A stretch of 64,000 nucleotides of DNA from Alkalispirochaeta sp. (GTDB lineage: Bacteria > Spirochaetota > Spirochaetia > DSM-27196 > Alkalispirochaetaceae), in NCBI GenBank assembly GCA_965242725.1, contig CBDESZ010000026.1, positions 64,001 to 128,000 on the forward strand, given 5' to 3'. The translations under genes were made by a program, and so were the position numbers. Position 1 is the first letter of the stretch. Every line of letters begins with the position of its first letter. The notes beneath the pieces were generated by a model. That model had not been told where the DNA came from. It saw only the letters and a program-made list of their open reading frames with translations, and ran no database searches. Positions 58,168 through 64,000 of the stretch are shown here, in pieces.

Positions 58168-60144
58168 ATGAGCGAAAAGATAAAGATTGTAATACTTGGT
58201 GGTGGTTACGGAGGGGTTCATGCGGCCAAGCAGCTATACAAGAGGTACAAGCGTCGGAACGACGTGGAAATTACTCTTATAGATAAGAACCCTTACCATA
58301 CCCTTATGACGGAATTGCACGAAATTGCCGGATCCAGAACGGAACCGGAAGCGGTGCAAATCAGCTTTCATAAGATATTCGGCGGAAAACGGATCAACGT
58401 CGCCATCGACGAGATCACCGGGGTCGATTTTGACGAGAAAGTGCTGAAGTCAAAAGACTCCACCTATGCCTATGACTATCTTGTCATCGGCGCGGGCGGT
58501 GCGCCGGAGTTCTTTGATATTCCCGGCGTTCAGGAGAACTGTTTTACCCTGTGGTCTCTGGAAGACGCGATCCGTATCAGAACCCACGTGGAAAACCGGT
58601 TCCGGGAAGCGGCAAAAGAGCCGAATACGCTGCGACGCCGCCAGCTTCTGACCTTTACCATCGCCGGTGCAGGATTTACCGGTATCGAGCTGGCAGGGGA
58701 GCTGCTGGAACGGCGGGATGTACTCTGTCCCAAGTATCACATCGATCCCAATGAGGTGCGGGTACTTATCATCGAGGCAAAGGACTCGATTCTGCCCATT
58801 TTTCACGGTAAGCCGAAAAAGAAAGCGGAAGTGCGTCTGAGCAAAATGGGAGCCGAGGTGATGCTCAACACGATGATCACCGGAGCCGACGAAGGAATCG
58901 TCAAACTCGGTGATGAAGAGATCAAGACGGATACATTTATCTGGACCGCCGGTATTCACGGCGGTGAGTTCAGCACCCGCGTGGATCTGACCAAAGGTCA
59001 TACCGCCCGGGGAGAGTGCTCCGTCGCATCAATCGAAGGTATTCACGGTATGGCCGGATGTGCCTTTGACGAAGATGAACGATATGTCGTCGGGCAGCGC
59101 GGACGCCTGCTTGTGAACGACTACATGCAGTCGGTGGATCGGAAGAACGTCTTCATCGTCGGTGATATCAACTGGTACGTCGAAGAAGAGCACGTTCTGC
59201 CGCAGGTTGTTGAGACGGCGTTGCAGACAGCTGAGACGGCGGCAAAAAACATCATTGCCGAAATCGACGGCAAGGAAAAAGAAGAGTTCAAATCCAACTA
59301 TCACGGATTCATGGTCTCCGTGGGCAGCAAGTACGGTGTCGCCCACGTGATGGGGATGTCTCTTTCGGGCTTTTTTGCCCTTGGGGTGAAACACCTCATC
59401 AACCTTCACTACCTCTTCGGCGTGGCCGGTATCAATGCGGTGTGGGAATATATCCGCGAGGAGTTCCTCACTATCAAGGATCGCCGTTCCATGTTTGGAG
59501 GTCACTTCGCGTGGAAGGTACCGGTATACTGGGCCGTTCCGTTGCGACTCTTTCTCGGTGCAAAGTGGCTTACTGAAGGCATCAAGCACATCACTGAAGG
59601 ATGGTTGAATCCGGGCGACGGCGGAATCTTCAATGTCGCTGCAGATGCGGTCCGCCTTCCGGGAGTGGTTCTGAGCGATGCCGCGGCGGCGGCAACCGAC
59701 GCCGCAACCGCCGCCTCCGGCGCGTGGGAAGAGGGAGCGGAAGCGGTCGCCTCTACTGCAGCGTCCTATGGTGAGCCGCTCATGCAGGCACTTGGCGCCT
59801 ATACATGGTTTGCGGAAAATATTTTGAGCACCTTTCCGACCCTGGCTTTTCTCCTCCAGGCGAGTGTCGTCATCCTGCAGGTCTGTATCGGTCTCGCCCT
59901 CATCGGCGGTCTGCTGACCTTCCCCGCCGCGGTGGTTTCCATCGGTTTTGGTCTGATGTTTATCGCATCCGGCTGGGGCAACCCGGAACTATTGTGGTAC
60001 ATCGCCGCATCGATCGTCATGCTTGGCGGTGCCGGTCGGGGATTCGGACTTGACCACTGGGTCATGCCGTGGCTGAAAAAGTGGTGGAACGCCCGCGGAA
60101 TTGCGAAGCGGACCTATCTGTACACCGGCGAACCCCGCGACTGA
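58168..60144 (+). CDS. Type II NADH dehydrogenase with C-terminal DoxX-like membrane domain
   Basis: GGGYGG, YHTLMTELHE, GAGFTGIE, WTAG; TM tail ending GAGRGFGLDHWVMPWL. Confidence 0.9.
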   Translation: MSEKIKIVILGGGYGGVHAAKQLYKRYKRRNDVEITLIDKNPYHTLMTELHEIAGSRTEPEAVQISFHKIFGGKRINVAIDEITGVDFDEKVLKSKDSTYAYDYLVIGAGGAPEFFDIPGVQENCFTLWSLEDAIRIRTHVENRFREAAKEPNTLRRRQLLTFTIAGAGFTGIELAGELLERRDVLCPKYHIDPNEVRVLIIEAKDSILPIFHGKPKKKAEVRLSKMGAEVMLNTMITGADEGIVKLGDEEIKTDTFIWTAGIHGGEFSTRVDLTKGHTARGECSVASIEGIHGMAGCAFDEDERYVVGQRGRLLVNDYMQSVDRKNVFIVGDINWYVEEEHVLPQVVETALQTAETAAKNIIAEIDGKEKEEFKSNYHGFMVSVGSKYGVAHVMGMSLSGFFALGVKHLINLHYLFGVAGINAVWEYIREEFLTIKDRRSMFGGHFAWKVPVYWAVPLRLFLGAKWLTEGIKHITEGWLNPGDGGIFNVAADAVRLPGVVLSDAAAAATDAATAASGAWEEGAEAVASTAASYGEPLMQALGAYTWFAENILSTFPTLAFLLQASVVILQVCIGLALIGGLLTFPAAVVSIGFGLMFIASGWGNPELLWYIAASIVMLGGAGRGFGLDHWVMPWLKKWWNARGIAKRTYLYTGEPRD

Positions 60145-61160
60145 TGATGTGGGACGGTTTCCCGGAAATACGCCGGGAGCTCGACCGCGTCAAATCGGAA
60201 ATCCTCCGGGAGGTATCCCGTCCCGGAGGAAAAATCACTGAAGGACTGGTAGAATTGTTCTCCCGGGACGCAAAGCTTTTGCGTCCCGCCTTCACGATTT
60301 TGGCGGCACGAATACAGAACGGCGGTCGGGCTGCGGAAGAAAAAATAATAAAAATTGCGGCTGCCCTTGAAATGCTGCACGTGGCATCCCTCATTCATGA
60401 CGACATCGTCGATGATGCAAACCGGAGAAGGGGCGGTGAAGCGCTCCACCGTCGCTACGGTGACCGGACGGCGGTTCTCATGGGGGACTATCTCTTTGCA
60501 AAGTGCTTTTCCCTCGTCTCCGAATATGCGAGACCGGAAAACGCAACGCTGGTGAGTGCCGTCGTGGGTCATCTCATTGAGTCGGAAGTTTCCGAATACG
60601 CCGACAGCGGTGAAGACGAATGGTCCGTCAGAAGCTATTTGCACCGGGTCATCGGAAAAACGGCGGTCCTTTTTTCCCTCAGTTTTCATCTCGGAGCTGC
60701 AGAGGCGGCGGCCGAGGATGATGATTCTCTCACGGTGGAAATACTCAGGCGCGTCGGATACAACGTCGGTATCGGTTTTCAAATCATAGACGACGTATTG
60801 GATATTTTCGGCGAAAGCAAGACGACGGGCAAACCCCTCGGGACGGACCTGAAGCAGGGTATTCTTACCCTCCCGGTCATCCTCGCCGCCAACAATGGGC
60901 AGCGGGCACGTCTCATTCGCGTATTGGAGCGCATATCCCGACGGTCCTCCCGCACATACGGTCTTCTCAGGTTATGGGAAAATCGAGCCCTGGACGAAGT
61001 TCGTCTTCGCATTGAGGAGGCGGGGGGACGGCATGGAGCTCTCGCTGCGGCGGAGCTGTACACCCGCAGGGCCCACCGGGAAATGAGGCGTCTTCCCGAA
61101 ACACGGGACCGTGATATTCTCAGAACGGTAACGACACAGCTTCTTTCACGGGCAAGTTGA
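60144..61160 (+). CDS. Polyprenyl diphosphate synthase
   Basis: KLLRP, IHDDIVD, GDYL, KTA, FQIIDDVLD, GKPLGTDL; TGATG coupling. Confidence 0.92.
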   Translation: MMWDGFPEIRRELDRVKSEILREVSRPGGKITEGLVELFSRDAKLLRPAFTILAARIQNGGRAAEEKIIKIAAALEMLHVASLIHDDIVDDANRRRGGEALHRRYGDRTAVLMGDYLFAKCFSLVSEYARPENATLVSAVVGHLIESEVSEYADSGEDEWSVRSYLHRVIGKTAVLFSLSFHLGAAEAAAEDDDSLTVEILRRVGYNVGIGFQIIDDVLDIFGESKTTGKPLGTDLKQGILTLPVILAANNGQRARLIRVLERISRRSSRTYGLLRLWENRALDEVRLRIEEAGGRHGALAAAELYTRRAHREMRRLPETRDRDILRTVTTQLLSRAS

Positions 61161-61213
61161 CCCGATCCGTCGTCGTGATATAGTACGATGCATGGGACGG
61201 CACCGGTAGAGGC

Positions 61214-61885
61214 ATGAAGATGACGGAACGGGGTGGTGAAAGCAGAGACCGCATCCTTGACGGTGCGGAACAGCTTTTCAGTAAAAGGGGATACAACGCC
61301 GTCTCCCTCCTTGATGTGGCAAAAGCGGTGCACATGCGGAAACCCTCTCTCTACCACCACTTCCCCGGCGGAAAGGAAGAGCTGTTTACGGCAGTCCATG
61401 AACGGATGTTTGCCCGAATCGGCGACGCCCTCGACACCCTCCTTGTGGGGGTGTCCGATGAAGCGGGCGACGGCGATAATCTTCTTGAAAAGGGACTCTA
61501 TGCGGCTGCGGGGTGGTTTCTCAGGCAGCCGCCGATGTTCCTGTTGTCGATGCTCCACAACGATATGCCCGACTTGAGCGACGAGGCGCAACAGCGGCTC
61601 ATTGCGTCCAGTTACGGTGTAATAATGGGACCCCTGGTGGATCTCGTCCGGCGTGCATCTGAACGGGGCGATGCAAAGGGGATCAATCCTCACATCATTG
61701 CCGGCGGATTTCTTTCACTCCTTGAAGGAACAATGATCGCCTCCGGTATGGGATTCGGCGCCGATGTATCTGCAATGGTCTACTCCAGCGTGGATATGCT
61801 TGTCTACGGCGCGGCAACGCCTCATGCGGTCACAAGGGGTGCGGTATCGCCCGATGCGCCGGGCACTTCCGTAAAGAAGGGGTAG
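61214..61885 (+). CDS. TetR-family regulator
   Basis: RILDGAEQLF...GY...SLYHHFPGGKEEL. Confidence 0.9.
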   Translation: MKMTERGGESRDRILDGAEQLFSKRGYNAVSLLDVAKAVHMRKPSLYHHFPGGKEELFTAVHERMFARIGDALDTLLVGVSDEAGDGDNLLEKGLYAAAGWFLRQPPMFLLSMLHNDMPDLSDEAQQRLIASSYGVIMGPLVDLVRRASERGDAKGINPHIIAGGFLSLLEGTMIASGMGFGADVSAMVYSSVDMLVYGAATPHAVTRGAVSPDAPGTSVKKG

Positions 61886-61895
61886 ACGCCTGGCC

Positions 61896-63053
61896 ATGCG
61901 ACTGGTCCTTGTCGGTGGAGGACATGGACATCTTGCAGTAATTCACGCAATTCCGGAATTGCGGCGCCTGGGATACGACGTTACCGTTATTGACCCGTCT
62001 CCGTACCTGTGTTACTCGGGAATGCTTGCGTCCGTCATCGGCGCCTCCGTAGAGCGGTCTGCCTGTATGATTCCAATTGCCCGGATGACGGAGACGCAGA
62101 GCGCCTCCTTCGTCGGCGCGGCGGTGAAACGCATAGACACGGAACAGAGAACGCTCGTTCTCTCCGACGGCTCATCCCTTCCGTGGGACATCCTCAGTTG
62201 CGCCGTGGGGAGCAGAACGTTCTGCTCGTTGCCGGCGGGGTACGCCGACCGGACGAAGATCATACCGTTGAAACCCTTTTCCACCGCAACCCTGGATATT
62301 CTCGATGAAATTGACGGTCCCGCGCGTATCGCCGTCATCGGGGGCGGAGCGTCCGGAGTGGAACTGGCCGGAAATCTCAGACGACGCTTCGAAAACAGCG
62401 CGTCCGAGGAGCGTGTTGATGTAACGCTTTTCAGCGCCGGAAGGCGTCTTGTCTCAGATCTTCCCGATGCAGCAGGTGACTACGCCCACTCAAGCCTCAC
62501 CGCCTCGGGGGTTGTGGTTCACCTGGGAATGAGGGTGACCTCTGTAGAGAATGGATACATTTTCCCTGATGCGTCGGCGAAGCCATTCGGTCCCTACGAC
62601 CTCGTCATCATGGCGACGGGATTTGAGGTGCCTCCCGTGTTCAGGGAGTCGGGATTGCAGGTGGAACGTGACGGTTCTCTTGTTGTCGCGCCGACCCTGA
62701 AGGTCGTCGGACAACCGATCTTTGCCGTCGGCGATTGTGCAGCGATAGGAGACTACAATCTTGCGAGGGTCGGCGTCCACGCGCTCCGACAGGGACGGGT
62801 CCTTCTGGACAATCTGCGGAAAATTGCCGGCGGTACGGCTCTTCGCTCGTATCAACCTGCACCAAAGTATCTGCAGATCATCAACCCCGGTGACGGTACG
62901 GCTGTCGCGGTACGGGGCAATTGGGTCGGGAAAGGCCGATTCTGGATGGTCCTGAAAGAACGCATCGACTGGTCCTATGTGCGTACCGAGGGACGTTCCA
63001 TAGTTCCTTCTCTTGCGCCGCCGCCCCGGCCCGGCGGAAGGCCCCGGTCGTGA
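61896..63053 (+). CDS. FAD-dependent pyridine nucleotide-disulfide oxidoreductase (SelD N-terminal/NDH-2-like)
   Basis: LVGGGHGH, YSGML, GGGASGVELA, FAVGDC, GVHALRQG, LKERID. Confidence 0.85.
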   Translation: MRLVLVGGGHGHLAVIHAIPELRRLGYDVTVIDPSPYLCYSGMLASVIGASVERSACMIPIARMTETQSASFVGAAVKRIDTEQRTLVLSDGSSLPWDILSCAVGSRTFCSLPAGYADRTKIIPLKPFSTATLDILDEIDGPARIAVIGGGASGVELAGNLRRRFENSASEERVDVTLFSAGRRLVSDLPDAAGDYAHSSLTASGVVVHLGMRVTSVENGYIFPDASAKPFGPYDLVIMATGFEVPPVFRESGLQVERDGSLVVAPTLKVVGQPIFAVGDCAAIGDYNLARVGVHALRQGRVLLDNLRKIAGGTALRSYQPAPKYLQIINPGDGTAVAVRGNWVGKGRFWMVLKERIDWSYVRTEGRSIVPSLAPPPRPGGRPRS

Positions 63054-63057
63054 CGGC

Positions 63058-63972
63058 TTACGTCGCCGTGTGAGGCGCGCTGCGGGCGACAATTCCCATG
63101 ATACGGTAGGTGAGTTCCGCGGCTGTGTAATTCCACACGTGAAAGCCGGAAATCGGCGCCAGCTCAACGACGTCAAATGCGACGATTTTCGTCCTCTCTG
63201 CAAGGGAGTGAACGATCGAGAGCAGCTGATACCATCCCAGCCCTCCCGGTACGGGGGTGCCCGTCGCGGCCATGAGTGACCCATCCAGGCCGTCCACATC
63301 GACGGTCAGGTATGCGAGCTCAGGGAACCCGTCGGGAAGTTCTATTGACGAGATGCCTTCGGGAACGATATCGGCGGCATCGTGATACCAGATGGGGGTG
63401 TCGGCGTCGGCGGTGTGGGTGTGGCGATAGACCACCTCCTCAGGTGAGAGGGAACGGACTCCGATTTGCAGAACCGGTACTCCCTGATCCTCGTGTATCC
63501 GCCGTACCACGCAGGCGTGACTGTTTTTGTCACCCTCATACTCGTCGCGGAGATCTCCATGGGCGTCGATTTGAATCAGCCCGACGGGGGCGTCCCTGCC
63601 CAGCCCTTCCCTGACACCCCGGACTGCCGGTGCAGTGATTGAGTGTTCTCCTCCGAGGAGAACGGGAATCCCGCGTCGTTCTTTGCCCCGGTACAGGACG
63701 TCGCGAACCGCGTCGGTAATGCGGGGGAAGACCTCGTCGGCGGTTCCGGTACAATCAACCGCCCGGTGGGTGTGTATTCCCTCTTCACCGGGAGTGCCGA
63801 CGCCGTCAAATACCTCAAGCTGATCGCTTGCTTCCAGAATTGCCGCCGGACCTCCCGCGGTCCCGCCGCCGTAGGATACCGTCGCCTCATAGGGAACGGG
63901 TAGTACGTGAAAAAGGGCGTGTTCAAGGGGGTATTGGGAGAATTCACTTCCAAGAAAGAGACGATCCGTCAT
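63058..63972 (-). CDS. speB: Agmatinase
   Basis: PYEATVSYGGG, GGEHS, DAHGD, SHAC, DVDGLD, TGTPVPGG, DVVELAP. Confidence 0.9.
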   Translation of the reverse strand: MTDRLFLGSEFSQYPLEHALFHVLPVPYEATVSYGGGTAGGPAAILEASDQLEVFDGVGTPGEEGIHTHRAVDCTGTADEVFPRITDAVRDVLYRGKERRGIPVLLGGEHSITAPAVRGVREGLGRDAPVGLIQIDAHGDLRDEYEGDKNSHACVVRRIHEDQGVPVLQIGVRSLSPEEVVYRHTHTADADTPIWYHDAADIVPEGISSIELPDGFPELAYLTVDVDGLDGSLMAATGTPVPGGLGWYQLLSIVHSLAERTKIVAFDVVELAPISGFHVWNYTAAELTYRIMGIVARSAPHTAT

Positions 63973-64000
63973 GTCATCACACCTCCCAGTCGATTTCTGA
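63969..64000 (-). CDS. Possible 3' end of an upstream gene (carboxynorspermidine decarboxylase-like terminus)
   Basis: Reads ...RNRLGGVMT* with ATGA overlap onto speB; only about 10 codons visible. Confidence 0.3.
   Translation of the reverse strand, partial: RNRLGGVMT

Overview
This is a 64-kb, GC-rich chromosomal window from a free-living spirochete, probably Spirochaetaceae. The assignment rests on the FlaA sheath genes, FlaB1/2, a PlzA-type PilZ protein, long FlgK/FlgL and fliW-csrA. 1-8.5 kb: a LytS/LytTR two-component system, a TRAP transporter and two sugar-acid dehydrogenases. 8.6-21.2 kb: an accessory region next to the 3' end of tRNA-Asp, with four toxin-antitoxin modules, a complete IS21 with a 5-bp target duplication, a WYL regulator, a double-AAA ATPase with an internal TAG and a CX5R phosphatase. 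21.5-64 kb: housekeeping genes (CoA-disulfide reductase, Fur/PerR, cheB, glgC/glgA, MrfAB-like helicase/exonuclease, GH3, trxB, the flagellar cluster, tsaBE, zapAB, infC-rpmI-rplT, flaA, transporters, NDH-2, polyprenyl synthase, agmatinase). Four observations stand out. (1) A SAM-I riboswitch drives two genes of unknown function, one split in frame by IS21, directly behind the WYL gene. (2) A CGAC-N7-GTCG box lies exactly 24 nt before the leaderless ATG of the AAA ATPase and the phosphatase, with a variant before the MrfA-like helicase, suggesting a WYL-activated regulon. (3) Convergent sigma28 promoters lie in the flagellin leader. (4) An NDH-2 of the type used in flavin-based extracellular electron transfer is coupled to a prenyl synthase behind a Rex box. 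Several single-base frameshifts look like sequencing errors. All calls come from reading the sequence by eye; no searches were run.
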